This document shows positions 39,060-49,245 of a DNA stretch of 64,000 nucleotides, piece after piece; position 1 is the stretch's first letter, and each line of letters starts with the position of its first letter. The position numbers were made by a program, and so were the translations under genes. Origin of the DNA: a virus. Its lineage: Duplodnaviria > Caudoviricetes. Location: the IMG/VR virus record IMGVR_UViG_3300028048_000060, positions 90,737 to 154,736 of that record. One strand, written 5' to 3'. The notes beneath the pieces are model-generated. The model had not been told where the DNA came from and did no database searches. It saw only the letters and a program-made list of their open reading frames with translations.

Positions 39060-40418
39060 ATGTTTGAATCTATTATTTTGAAGAGTCTCTTAGGAGATGG
39101 TGAATTTTTTAACAAAACCATTGGAATTTTAAAATCAGATTATTTTAAGTCATTTGGAGACCAACAGGTTTTTAAGCTAATCAAAGAATATTACTCTAAG
39201 TACCATCAAAAACCACAGAATGTATCTTTAGTAGCAATGGTTAAAGATGTTCCAAATGAAGAAACTAGAAAGTCTATTATAGAATCATTAAAGAAAGTTT
39301 CAGAAACAGAACTTAATACTAATACTCAGTTTATGTGTGACGAGACCATCAAGTTCATTAAAAGTGCTATCTTCTATAAAGGATTAGAAGTTGGAAGTGA
39401 TGGTTTGATGAACAAAGACGAGTCTAAGATGAAGAAAGCACAGTCTATTATGGAAGAAATGAACAAGGTTCAAATAGACTCTGACTTAGGTTTAGACTTT
39501 GACGATTTAGACAAACAGATAGAATACTACTCTAAGAGAGAATTTGGAATCAAAACTCAGCATAAGTCTTTAAACAAAAGATTAGGAGCAGGATTCCTTC
39601 CAGGAACTTTAAATGTGATTTTAGCCGCACAGGGTGTAGGTAAGTCTCTTTTGATGTGTGACTTAATCTCAGGAATGCTCTTAGATAATAAAAACATCCT
39701 GTTAGTATCCTTAGAAATGTCTCAGAATGAGATGTTAAAGAGAATTCAGTCTAATGTCTTTAATATAGATGTTAATTCATTTAGAGACCTTTCTAAGACT
39801 CCAGGTGAACTTCAGGGATTAGAGAGACCTTTTACAACTAAAGAACAGGTCATTCAGGAATATGACAAAGTCAAGGCATCTGGAAAGTGTGGTAAACTGT
39901 TCATTAAAGAGTATCCTGCTGGGTCAATGGGAGCATCAATTCTTCAGGACTTAGTAGATAAATTCTATACTGAAAAGAATATAAAGTTTGATATAATCTT
40001 TATAGACTATCTTGGAATTATGAAATCTGACCTTTTAAGTCCTAATTCAGGTTTGTATAGCTATGTTAAAAGCATAGGTGAAGAAGTAAGAGCATTTGCT
40101 GTGAGAAACTCTGTTCCAGTGGTTACATGTTCTCAACTGAATAGGTGTTTTTCAGTCTTTACCAATGTTATAACAGACAAAGGAATTAAACAAGTTAAAG
40201 ATTTAAAGATCGGCGATAAGTTATTGACAACAAATGGAAACCATAATACAATAAAGAATATAACAGAACCTGAAGTTAAGAGAGCGTTTAAAATCAGGAC
40301 AAAATCAGGAAAGGAGATTATTGTCTCAGAGGATCACAGAATTCCAACTGAAAAAGGTCTGATGTCAATTAGGGTGGGATTAAAGAAAGGAGCTAAGGTT
40401 CACATAAATGAAAAATAA
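39060..40418 (+). CDS. gp41: replicative helicase gp41 N-extein (362 aa) plus N-terminal split-intein half (from Cys at 40146)
   Basis: AAQGVGKS, SLEM, IKEYP, IDYLGI and SQLNR, then intein block A CFSVFT and block B SEDHRIPT; stop at 40418. Confidence 0.92.
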   Translation: MFESIILKSLLGDGEFFNKTIGILKSDYFKSFGDQQVFKLIKEYYSKYHQKPQNVSLVAMVKDVPNEETRKSIIESLKKVSETELNTNTQFMCDETIKFIKSAIFYKGLEVGSDGLMNKDESKMKKAQSIMEEMNKVQIDSDLGLDFDDLDKQIEYYSKREFGIKTQHKSLNKRLGAGFLPGTLNVILAAQGVGKSLLMCDLISGMLLDNKNILLVSLEMSQNEMLKRIQSNVFNIDVNSFRDLSKTPGELQGLERPFTTKEQVIQEYDKVKASGKCGKLFIKEYPAGSMGASILQDLVDKFYTEKNIKFDIIFIDYLGIMKSDLLSPNSGLYSYVKSIGEEVRAFAVRNSVPVVTCSQLNRCFSVFTNVITDKGIKQVKDLKIGDKLLTTNGNHNTIKNITEPEVKRAFKIRTKSGKEIIVSEDHRIPTEKGLMSIRVGLKKGAKVHINEK

Positions 40419-42042
40419 TTTTGTTTATCTTATTTGGAATAAAATAACTCATAAAAAGTATATTGGAGTAAAGTCTTCAGATTTAGAACCGTATGATGTA
40501 ATTGGTAAGAAGTATTTTTCATCTTCAAGAGATAAAGATTTTATAAACGAACAGAAGGAACATCCTGAAAGATTTAAATATAGAGTTTTAAAAAATTTTA
40601 AAAGTAGAAAAGAAGCTATAGAATTAGAGTGTCTTCTACATAAAAAATATGATGTAGCTTGTAATGAAGAATTCTATAATAAAGCACGTCAAACATCAGT
40701 AGGTTTTGACACAGGAGGTGTAGAATATTCAGATGAAAGAAAGCGACAGATTTCAAAATTTGTGAGAGAAAATCTTATCAAACATCCCGAAATCAGAGAC
40801 AAAATTTCAAAGAAATCAAAGGAATGGTGGGACGCACATCCTGAAGCGAAAGAAAGACTAATAAAATTTAATTCGGAAAGAATCCATACGGAAGAGGAAA
40901 AGGAAAAATCAAGATTATCACGTATTGACCCAAAAACAGGGAAAAGCAAATATTCAGGTAAAAATGCATATTTTTATGGAAAGAAACATTCTGAAGAATA
41001 CAAAAATAAAATGTCTGAGTTAATGACTGGAAGAACATTATCTGAAGAAACTAAGAGAAAGCTTTCTGAGAGTCATAAGGGAAAGACACATACAGAGGAG
41101 ACAAAGAGAAAACTCTCCAAGATTGGAAAAGGTAAAGCCAAACCTGAAGGATTTTCAGAGAAAATTTCACAGGCATTGAAGGGAAGAATTATCTCTGAAA
41201 ATGCTAAACAAAAATTATCAGAAAAGGCAAAACAACGAATAAAAGACCATCAGTGTGAGTTTTGTGGAAAGTTCTTTACTAAGCAGGCATATAACCAACA
41301 TCACGGAGAAAAATGTATTTTAAATCCTGAAAGAATCAAAAAAGACAGTCCTTTAAAAGGAAGGAAACGACCAAAAGACTGTTTTTGCGAAGTTTGCCAA
41401 AAATGGTTAGATAAAGGAAATTTTATGAGACATCATAATGGGAAGTGTGATAAGATGAAGATTTTAGACTTTAATGATTACTTGGGTGTTCTTAAATCTC
41501 AGGAACTCTCAGAAACTTTAGACTTTAATGATGAAATAGAGAGCATCGAAGAAGTTGAACCAGTTGAAATGGTTGATATTTCCTTGGATGGAAATAATGT
41601 GTTTTATGCTAACGACATCCTAATTCATAACTGTGCCATCAACAAAACAGATGGAGTTGATAACAGTGCAGTTTCTGATTCATACGGTACAAATGCCACT
41701 GCTGACATGATGTTAATGATTTTACAAAATGAGCAGATGAAAACAAACTCAGAGGTAATCATTAAGATTACTAAGAACAGATACACTGGGATGACAGATT
41801 CTTTTATGATGAACATAGATTATCCAAAAATGAGATTTAAGGAAATTTTACAGAATGAAGGGCAACCTGAGAATGCTCTAACACAGTTTGCTACTACTCA
41901 GCAAAAAGCAGATGCTGAAAGAGAAATTAAAAGTGCTATTATAGAAGATAATAAAGCAAATAATCAAATTGCTAAGGAACATGACAAAAAAGTATCACAG
42001 GGATTATCCTCAGATGAACTAAATGCTCTTTTAGGGTTATAA
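40408..42042 (+). CDS. GIY-YIG/NUMOD3 homing endonuclease in frame with C-terminal intein half (ends HN at 41631) and gp41 C-extein (Cys+1 at 41632)
   Basis: FVY..YIG, YFSSS, FYN and HSEETKRKLS repeats; VDISLDGNNVFYANDILIHN|C; SDSYGT..TAD...KNRY. Confidence 0.9.
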   Translation: MKNNFVYLIWNKITHKKYIGVKSSDLEPYDVIGKKYFSSSRDKDFINEQKEHPERFKYRVLKNFKSRKEAIELECLLHKKYDVACNEEFYNKARQTSVGFDTGGVEYSDERKRQISKFVRENLIKHPEIRDKISKKSKEWWDAHPEAKERLIKFNSERIHTEEEKEKSRLSRIDPKTGKSKYSGKNAYFYGKKHSEEYKNKMSELMTGRTLSEETKRKLSESHKGKTHTEETKRKLSKIGKGKAKPEGFSEKISQALKGRIISENAKQKLSEKAKQRIKDHQCEFCGKFFTKQAYNQHHGEKCILNPERIKKDSPLKGRKRPKDCFCEVCQKWLDKGNFMRHHNGKCDKMKILDFNDYLGVLKSQELSETLDFNDEIESIEEVEPVEMVDISLDGNNVFYANDILIHNCAINKTDGVDNSAVSDSYGTNATADMMLMILQNEQMKTNSEVIIKITKNRYTGMTDSFMMNIDYPKMRFKEILQNEGQPENALTQFATTQQKADAEREIKSAIIEDNKANNQIAKEHDKKVSQGLSSDELNALLGL

Positions 42043-42069
42043 AAATTTGACTTTAACTAAAATTTTTAC

Positions 42070-42098
42070 TTGATTTTCTTTTTAAAATACATTATAAT
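42070..42098 (+). promoter_or_regulatory. sigma70-type early promoter
   Basis: TTGATT-17-TATAAT with the conserved aataaacataaagaga leader. Confidence 0.8.
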
Positions 42099-42134
42099 AA
42101 TAAACATAAAGAGATAGATTTAAGGAGAAAAGAT

Positions 42135-42350
42135 ATGAACGCTAAAGAAATGAGAAAGGTTATCGAAGAAAAGTTAATCAACACCCAGAGAGCATTTAGA
42201 GAACAACTTAAACTTCATGGTGATGATGACCTTACAATGCACGTCGCATATGCTTCTTGCGCTCTTAGTGAACTCTACGAAGACCTCTTTGGCAGAGAAG
42301 AATTTGACAAGTTGATGGAAAAGCACTTTCCTGAAATCTTTAAAGACTAA
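42135..42350 (+). CDS. early hypothetical protein
   Basis: AAGGAGAAAAGATATG leader. Confidence 0.65.
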   Translation: MNAKEMRKVIEEKLINTQRAFREQLKLHGDDDLTMHVAYASCALSELYEDLFGREEFDKLMEKHFPEIFKD

Positions 42351-42402
42351 TATCAAACACTAAGGAGACTTTAAGTCTCCTTTATTCAACAAGGACTTAA
42401 AT

Positions 42403-42675
42403 ATGAAACTTAAAAACACGATAGTATTCTACACAGATGGAAATAACCGTCATGGTTATTTCTCATTTGATGCTAAGGATGAAACTCATGCTCTTAAAAT
42501 AGCCGCCGATATTACAGGTTATGAGTATGACATGGAAGAATATGACAGTGAGAAAGACGCAATTATAGACGCTTTGTCGCAGGAAGATGGCGATGCTATT
42601 ATCCTAACTGTTATCTATAAGAACAATGTAATCTATGAATCAGAACAGTGTGAGGCATATTATAATGTTAAGTAG
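42403..42675 (+). CDS. hypothetical acidic protein
   Basis: AAGGA RBS. Confidence 0.55.
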   Translation: MKLKNTIVFYTDGNNRHGYFSFDAKDETHALKIAADITGYEYDMEEYDSEKDAIIDALSQEDGDAIILTVIYKNNVIYESEQCEAYYNVK

Positions 42676-43483
42676 AGTCTCAGAAGTTTTTTATAGCTTA
42701 CAAGGTGAAGGAAGACGAGTCGGTCATCCTTCAGTGTTTGTAAGATTCTTTGGATGTAATTTTAGATGTCCTGGGTTTGGTCTTCCTTTAGGGCAGGAGT
42801 CAACTGAACCTGATGAAATTGCTAAGAACAAAGACAAATACCATAGTTATAGTGAACTTCCATTAGCTAAAACAGGGTGTGACAGTTATCCAAGTTGGCA
42901 CCCATCCTTTAAGGAATTTAGTCCTGAAGTGGATGAAGACCAGTTAGTAATGACTATCTTAGATACCTTAAATGGTGTTAAGACTGAGAACGTAGACTTA
43001 GTCTTTACTGGAGGAGAACCTTTACTTCCAAGAACACAGAAGTTTATTGTTTCTCTGTTTCAGAAGCACTCAGATAAACTAAAATTTAACTTAGTGTCCT
43101 TTGAAACTAATGGGTCACAGTCTCCATCTAAAGAACTTATAGATGAAATTCAAAAGACAAACAAACTGTTGTTTAGTATTAGTCCTAAGTTAAGATGTTC
43201 AGGAGTTCCAAGAGACAAAGCAATAAAGCTTTCTGTTCTAGAAGAACTTTCAAAGAATGACAGTTATTTAAAATTTGTTGTTTCTAATATAGAAGACTTA
43301 GATGAAATCAATAATATCATTAAAGATGTAGATATCAAAGAAGTCTATATTATGCCTGAGGGAGGAATTGAGGACAGATATAATTCTAATCTTAGAAAGA
43401 CTGCTTTAATTGCTTTAGCAAAGGGATTTATTCTGAGCCCAAGACTTCATGTGACAATCTTTGGAAATACTTGGGGGACTTAA
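42665..43483 (+). CDS. queE: 7-carboxy-7-deazaguanine synthase-like radical SAM enzyme (start probably 42665)
   Basis: SEVFYSLQGEG, FVRFFGCNFRC...CDS, FTGGEPL, ETNG, SISPK, LKFVV and SPRLH. Confidence 0.85.
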   Translation: MLSRVSEVFYSLQGEGRRVGHPSVFVRFFGCNFRCPGFGLPLGQESTEPDEIAKNKDKYHSYSELPLAKTGCDSYPSWHPSFKEFSPEVDEDQLVMTILDTLNGVKTENVDLVFTGGEPLLPRTQKFIVSLFQKHSDKLKFNLVSFETNGSQSPSKELIDEIQKTNKLLFSISPKLRCSGVPRDKAIKLSVLEELSKNDSYLKFVVSNIEDLDEINNIIKDVDIKEVYIMPEGGIEDRYNSNLRKTALIALAKGFILSPRLHVTIFGNTWGT

Positions 43484-43484
43484 T

Positions 43485-43928
43485 ATGAAAATAAATACAT
43501 TGATGGATGATTTAAGAATCTTAAATGTCAGAGAAGTAAACGTGTTTCTGTTTGGCGGAAAGATTTATAGTGGAGAGCCTGCAACCCTTCCTGATAAGTT
43601 TAACTTAGATGTTACCTCTGTTACAAAGCATCCAAGACAGAACATTGTAGATGTAGTCTTAGACTATGACCTTAGAGAAGATACAAAGACACCCCAAGAG
43701 TCTAAGGAAACTGAGGTAAAAGAAGAGACCAAAATGTCTAACCTCGAAAAATTAAAGAGTTTCTTAGCAGTTAAAATTGATGACATTGATGACTGTAGAG
43801 AAACTCTAGAAGTTTTTGGATGCTTAGATAGTAGTCCAAATATAAAGTCTAAAGTCACAGACTATCTGAATGGTAAACAGGATGGATTCTTAGAAGCGTT
43901 GGAATTTTTAGTGTCCCTAGATACATAA
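43485..43928 (+). CDS. hypothetical protein
   Basis: ATG 43485 after a GGGGA RBS. Confidence 0.55.
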   Translation: MKINTLMDDLRILNVREVNVFLFGGKIYSGEPATLPDKFNLDVTSVTKHPRQNIVDVVLDYDLREDTKTPQESKETEVKEETKMSNLEKLKSFLAVKIDDIDDCRETLEVFGCLDSSPNIKSKVTDYLNGKQDGFLEALEFLVSLDT

Positions 43929-43937
43929 GGAGTTTAA

Positions 43938-44882
43938 ATGAAGTTTTCTCTCATCTTAGAGTCAGGAATCTCTTTAGGAAAAATGGTATATCCCAAGTTT
44001 GGGAATATTGTCATCTTAGCAGGTGGTTCAGGAAGTGGTAAAGGGTTTGTCAAAGACAAACTTCTTTTGATGGATGGGAAGACTTTTGATATTGACAGTT
44101 TAAAGGGTCTTATTGTTCAGTCAGATGTCTTTAACGAGTCATTTTGGGAATATCTGAGAACTGAGTATGTTTCAAAGAATGATGACTTAGACAACAGAGC
44201 AAAATATATCTTAAAGAATAAGATTAAACCTTCTGAACTAGACTTAAAAGACCCTTTAGATACCAGTATACTCCATTTCTTTACATTTAAAAAAGACTAT
44301 GATAATAGACTAAAGAAGAATTTCTTTTTAAATGCTTTAGACACTTCGAGAAAACCAAATGTTATTTTTGACATTACTCTAAGAGACAAAGGCATTTTAG
44401 ACTTAATCTATGACTATGCTTTGTTAGGACAGTATAATCCTGAAAATATCCACTTAGTTTGGGTTTTGAATGATGTCGAGGTAGCTAAAATTCAAAATAA
44501 CCAAAGAGACAGAAGAGTCCAAGAAGAAATCCTTGTGAGTACTCACAGAGGTGTCTCTCTTACAATGAAAGAAATAATTAGAGACTTTGAGAATACAAAG
44601 ACATCTAAAGGAACTAAAATTTCTGATATAATCAAAGGTGATATTTGGATTATTCCAAACAGAACTGATGATTCTATTATAGACAATAATGTTTTTATCG
44701 CGTTTAATAGTTTTAAGTTAAAAGAATCAGGAAAGAGCATAAAGACAATCAAAGAAGTTCAGGATGAAAGAGTTATCATTATGAACAGAGACGATTTCAA
44801 GGAAACTCTAAGAACTAAGTTTTTAGGCTCTGACCTTCAGAAAAAAATAGATGACTATGTCCCGAAAGATGCCCAGTGGTAA
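43938..44882 (+). CDS. P-loop kinase (zeta-toxin/PNK-like), probable internal head protein
   Basis: LAGGSGSGKG, VIFDIT and lid NNQRDRRV; N-terminal MKFSLILE-S. Confidence 0.7.
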   Translation: MKFSLILESGISLGKMVYPKFGNIVILAGGSGSGKGFVKDKLLLMDGKTFDIDSLKGLIVQSDVFNESFWEYLRTEYVSKNDDLDNRAKYILKNKIKPSELDLKDPLDTSILHFFTFKKDYDNRLKKNFFLNALDTSRKPNVIFDITLRDKGILDLIYDYALLGQYNPENIHLVWVLNDVEVAKIQNNQRDRRVQEEILVSTHRGVSLTMKEIIRDFENTKTSKGTKISDIIKGDIWIIPNRTDDSIIDNNVFIAFNSFKLKESGKSIKTIKEVQDERVIIMNRDDFKETLRTKFLGSDLQKKIDDYVPKDAQW

Positions 44883-44894
44883 TAGGAGACAAAT

Positions 44895-45113
44895 ATGAAA
44901 ACGACTGTTAGTGAACTACATAAAAAGTTTCCAGATGCTAAGTTTTTGTTTTGGACAGGCGACTATTTTTGGTCTAAGACCTTTTCTGAAAATGAAGTCT
45001 TAGACCATCCAATATATAACTGTGAGTTTGAATTTGAACCTGGACCTTGGTTAGAACGTTATAATGAAATTTGGATTGAAACCGAGAGACTTATCTGTAA
45101 AATGCATTTTTAG
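44895..45113 (+). CDS. hypothetical protein
   Basis: AGGAG RBS. Confidence 0.5.
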   Translation: MKTTVSELHKKFPDAKFLFWTGDYFWSKTFSENEVLDHPIYNCEFEFEPGPWLERYNEIWIETERLICKMHF

Positions 45114-45192
45114 TGTTTAAAAGAGAACATCTTAGATGTTCTCTTTATTAATTTTCTATGTCTTTATATAAGAAACATGATTTTAAATGTTT

Positions 45193-46548
45193 CTAAACAT
45201 ATTTCAATATGTTGTAAACAATATTATTCTTTTTGCACTTCAAAAGACTCTTTCTTGGGTCATTAAGATTGTTCAGCGCTTCCTCAGAAATAGCAATATA
45301 TCCTAAGTATCCATCTACTTTACATTCTATGTAGTTTTCCATTAAAGAGTTAGACGAGTAGACTCTTATTTCCTGGTAGATATCATTTACAGTGTCATAG
45401 ACATGGATAACTCTATTATCTCCTTGAAGAGGAATTTCAACTAAGTCTGTTATTCCTGTCTCTAATTCTGTTATCAAGCATCTGTAAGTTTCATCTCCTT
45501 GAGGTTGGACTACTATACTGTTCTCAGTTCCAATTATGGTTTCTTCGTTATCCTTAGTCCAAGAATAAGAGTAAAGTTCTTTAACATCATCCTGAACTGC
45601 TTTTAATCTATAAATCCCTGAGTCTATCTGTTCAGATGTATAGGTTGAAACTATAGCTTCCTTCTCAGATGTTCCGTCTAAGTCACTCACACTAACCTTA
45701 AACCACTTAGAACCTGAAACTTCTGTTTGTATTATAGAATCATAAAGATAAAGTTTCCTATATCTTGAACCATTATATGCTTTAGAACTCCATGAAAATG
45801 AAACACTACTTCCATCAGGGTCATAAGAACCACTAGCATCTAAAGTTACTTTGGTTCCATCTTTAACTGAGAGGTGATTTCTGACCAAAGAAGGCACAGG
45901 TTTAGAGTCAGTTCCAAAGTAAAATCCTTCTTTAGCTACAGTATTATCAATAAAATACAAAAACAGATAAGAGTCGAAGACTCCAATATCCACTGGAAGT
46001 TCCTGGTCAACTAAGACTTCGTTTGTTAAAGAATTTTTAGCTAAACACTTAAATTTCCATTTGGGGATAGATGTATCATAAACAATAGCCATTTCAAAGG
46101 AAATATAAGATGTACTTTGAAAGCTATATTCTATATTATCAATAATTAGTTTATTATTATATAAAGCAATGCTTTTTAATTCTTCTAAGGACATTCCACA
46201 AATTAAAGTATTTGAGTTATCAGGAACATAGCACTCAGACCTAAAGACTAATCCTCCTTTGTTAGCCACATCAAAATGAGGATTAGACTGTGTGAAGTCA
46301 TTCAAAGTCAAAACTGAGTTTCCATTGGCTGCCCAGTTTCTTGCTAATGCTTGTTTCTTAGTTAAGATAACATTATTATTTTGGTCTATAATGTTTCCTG
46401 TTGTGTAGTCAAATCTGAGTTCTAAGACTTCTTTTACATAGACTATAATATCAGTAAAGTCAGTCATTCCACTCTGAGTTGTTATCTTTAACCTGTAAGT
46501 AGTAGTCTCAGGTGGACTTACTATTATCTTTGGTTCGTTTGAAATCAT
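45193..46548 (-). CDS. virion protein with PKD/Ig-like modules
   Basis: VTLDASGSYDPDG..FSW and V.P..TTTYRL motifs. Confidence 0.7.
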   Translation of the reverse strand: MISNEPKIIVSPPETTTYRLKITTQSGMTDFTDIIVYVKEVLELRFDYTTGNIIDQNNNVILTKKQALARNWAANGNSVLTLNDFTQSNPHFDVANKGGLVFRSECYVPDNSNTLICGMSLEELKSIALYNNKLIIDNIEYSFQSTSYISFEMAIVYDTSIPKWKFKCLAKNSLTNEVLVDQELPVDIGVFDSYLFLYFIDNTVAKEGFYFGTDSKPVPSLVRNHLSVKDGTKVTLDASGSYDPDGSSVSFSWSSKAYNGSRYRKLYLYDSIIQTEVSGSKWFKVSVSDLDGTSEKEAIVSTYTSEQIDSGIYRLKAVQDDVKELYSYSWTKDNEETIIGTENSIVVQPQGDETYRCLITELETGITDLVEIPLQGDNRVIHVYDTVNDIYQEIRVYSSNSLMENYIECKVDGYLGYIAISEEALNNLNDPRKSLLKCKKNNIVYNILKYV

Positions 46549-47432
46549 ACCTCATCCCACTCATAGCTATTAACTTGGTCTTCAATAGCAAAACTGTTAG
46601 TTCCATCTAACTCAATTGAAGTTCCTTTGTCTATAATAACAGAATTAACAGAAATAATAGCACTTACATCTGCATAGAGATACTTGTCTACTGAGTCTTG
46701 GAAACGTCCTGCTGAACAGGTTAGGGTCAGAGTATGTCTTTGCTTATCAGATAAGACTAAGGTCAAAGTTTCCTCTGTTGTCTCTAAGTCGGTTCCATCT
46801 AAGGTCCACTTCCTGTCATAACCAAAAGTATTTCTTCCCTCAGATGTGTCTGTGATATAGAAAGTATTTCCGTTTTGAACTACACTGAAGTCTACAAGGA
46901 CACACTCAGCATAACCTTGAGCGCCATCTGCTACTATAGAAATAGACTTAGAATTAGAAAGTTCTTCATCTGAAGCAGTTAATGTGATATTGTGGACCCC
47001 TGTGTTTTGGAACTGATATCTCACATTTTTTGAAGTAAACAAAATATCGTCTGATATCTTCCAGTGGAAATCCAGTTCGTCACCATCCTGGTCATATGAA
47101 GTATTGGTAAGGAACAAGTCTCCATTTATAATTTCCGCCTCAAAGTCTGCTACTGGAGTATGGTTTATCTTACCTTGGATAAACCCTACAGTCATATCAT
47201 TAACATTTCCTTTCTTTAGAACTGTTCTTTGTTCTTGTAGAGGAATATTAACAATCTGAGTGTCTTGTTTTTGATGAGATATAGACTGATTTAGGTTGTT
47301 CTTAAAGTTATCCAGGGGATGGTCTGTGTAGGTTGATAAGTAAGGCTGAAACTCAAACACATCACAACCAATCGATGGATTTATTAGTTTTTCATTAAGG
47401 TAGACAACCATTCTTCCACTGGATGATAACAT
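46545..47432 (-). CDS. virion protein with PKD domains
   Basis: NHTPVADF..TNTSYDQDGD..FHW..GVHNITLT. Confidence 0.75.
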   Translation of the reverse strand: MLSSSGRMVVYLNEKLINPSIGCDVFEFQPYLSTYTDHPLDNFKNNLNQSISHQKQDTQIVNIPLQEQRTVLKKGNVNDMTVGFIQGKINHTPVADFEAEIINGDLFLTNTSYDQDGDELDFHWKISDDILFTSKNVRYQFQNTGVHNITLTASDEELSNSKSISIVADGAQGYAECVLVDFSVVQNGNTFYITDTSEGRNTFGYDRKWTLDGTDLETTEETLTLVLSDKQRHTLTLTCSAGRFQDSVDKYLYADVSAIISVNSVIIDKGTSIELDGTNSFAIEDQVNSYEWDEV

Positions 47433-47441
47433 TTTTCTTCC

Positions 47442-49229
47442 TTAGATATCTAAATCAATTGTTTCTACATTAGAAGCATCATAATCTGAGTTATCAATAG
47501 CAAATCCTTCAGGACCTGACGCATCTAACTCTGCTCCAATTTGACAATCACTAAGAACAGACTGTCCTGTCGCGCTTTGAGCAGGGTCTCCTTCTGTAAA
47601 CCAAAACATTTCCGACAAAGGCGGATTTGATGAATATGAGTTTTGGTTTGTTCGCAAATTGACTCTAACAAATTGAAGCTTTGTCACTGGATGTGTCCAG
47701 TAAAGAGCACTTTCGAATGCCTGAGTTGTAAAATTCACATATCCCTGAATGCTTCTCCTCTTACAAGGATACGCTTTCCAGGTCAAGGAAATATCATCCT
47801 GTGTTGGATTTAAAACCTTTTCAGGAACAGTATAGAACATGTTGTACCATTTAATGTGTCTTGGCCCAATTCTATACATATACTTTTTAAACTGTCTCTG
47901 AATAGGAACTATAAGTGATGTTCCCGTTTGAGAACTACAAGACTTATCATATAAGAACTCATAAGAACCAAAGATATTGTCACAGACCAAACATCCATAT
48001 ATTGTGTGTTCTATGTTGTTTACAGTCTGTTTCATCCAAGGAACTACGCACCAACAAGTTCCAAAAATTTTAAGAGGGTGATGTCTGTATGCTAGGTCAC
48101 AGTCTGTATAGCTGATGTCATACTTTCCTGATGAACTGTTTTGAGGGTATGGGAAAGGAATATAGTTTCCAGTGGTATGGTGAAGCCACAGGTCAGGAGT
48201 AGTATCAGGAGCATCAAATCTAGGATTAAATGTTGAAGAAACATTTTCTGATGTTGACATATTAATAGGATTAATAAAATATTGTTCATCACCATAAATG
48301 TCATTCATCTTAAAACTTGGACCATCTTCGTCAAATCTTGACAAAAATGATTTTACACCATAAGAGTCTGTATATACTTTAAATGACTGATTAAGATATC
48401 CATATGATGAAAATGTAAGTGCATTTGTAGACTCGTATACTGTTGAAGAGCAGATTAAAGGAAGTCCTGGGATCTTCACAAATCCAACTGTCTGATAAAA
48501 TCTGTTATTAGGAACTGTTAAACGACCAAACATTTTGTCTGTTTTAAAGACAAAATAGAACTCTTCCTGAAGGTCTGTATCAGTAAAATAGAACATCTCA
48601 ACAGATACTTCTTCGACATTGTCATCGATTCTTATTTCACCATTGAATTTAAAATACCTGTCAGTATAGTAATTTGAAGTGTTAGATGCATACTGCCATC
48701 TGGTAGTAGTAAAGTCTTTTTTGAGGAGACCTAGGCCAGAAAAGAAACCATCTGTGTCGTATCGGTCTCCTGAGTCTACGTAGCCTGAAGGGTCCTGAGT
48801 ACATAGTTTTGTGATTTCAGTTCCTGATGTGTTATATCCCTGAAGAACACCGCCACCATACCCTTTGTTCTCAATTCGCCAGAAACGGGTAGATGGATTT
48901 TCAAAAGGATAAATAGAAATCACTCTTGAGTTATGTAGAGGTTTACTTATAGAAAAATGAAACTCTCCATTAGGGTCATTCTGAGAAAAAGTGCTTCCGC
49001 TACCACTGTAGAGATACTCAAAGGTTGGAGGAGTCCAGTAGTTCAAAGATGGAGAATTGTTTTGTGAACTGAAGTCTTTATAAAGACAATAATTACATCC
49101 ATGAGACTTAGAAGTATCTAAAGTCCATCCATTTAAGACCATAAAGTCTTTTATTTTTTCTCTTATAGTATTATTAAGAACTGAAGCATCATCATTTATG
49201 TTCTTTGTGACTATTACTTTTTTATACAT
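47442..49229 (-). CDS. probable virion/tail-associated protein
   Basis: 595 aa, aromatic/Ser-rich, F...NGWT N-terminal pattern; lies in the structural operon. Confidence 0.55.
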   Translation of the reverse strand: MYKKVIVTKNINDDASVLNNTIREKIKDFMVLNGWTLDTSKSHGCNYCLYKDFSSQNNSPSLNYWTPPTFEYLYSGSGSTFSQNDPNGEFHFSISKPLHNSRVISIYPFENPSTRFWRIENKGYGGGVLQGYNTSGTEITKLCTQDPSGYVDSGDRYDTDGFFSGLGLLKKDFTTTRWQYASNTSNYYTDRYFKFNGEIRIDDNVEEVSVEMFYFTDTDLQEEFYFVFKTDKMFGRLTVPNNRFYQTVGFVKIPGLPLICSSTVYESTNALTFSSYGYLNQSFKVYTDSYGVKSFLSRFDEDGPSFKMNDIYGDEQYFINPINMSTSENVSSTFNPRFDAPDTTPDLWLHHTTGNYIPFPYPQNSSSGKYDISYTDCDLAYRHHPLKIFGTCWCVVPWMKQTVNNIEHTIYGCLVCDNIFGSYEFLYDKSCSSQTGTSLIVPIQRQFKKYMYRIGPRHIKWYNMFYTVPEKVLNPTQDDISLTWKAYPCKRRSIQGYVNFTTQAFESALYWTHPVTKLQFVRVNLRTNQNSYSSNPPLSEMFWFTEGDPAQSATGQSVLSDCQIGAELDASGPEGFAIDNSDYDASNVETIDLDI

Positions 49230-49245
49230 TTTAAAATCCTATATC

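Noticed and set aside
39060-42042. Stop-codon reassignment or pseudogene as the cause of the broken helicase and sheath genes
   Set aside because: The breaks are explained by a split intein and an intron. TAA, TAG and TGA all end genes normally and coding density is high in the standard code.
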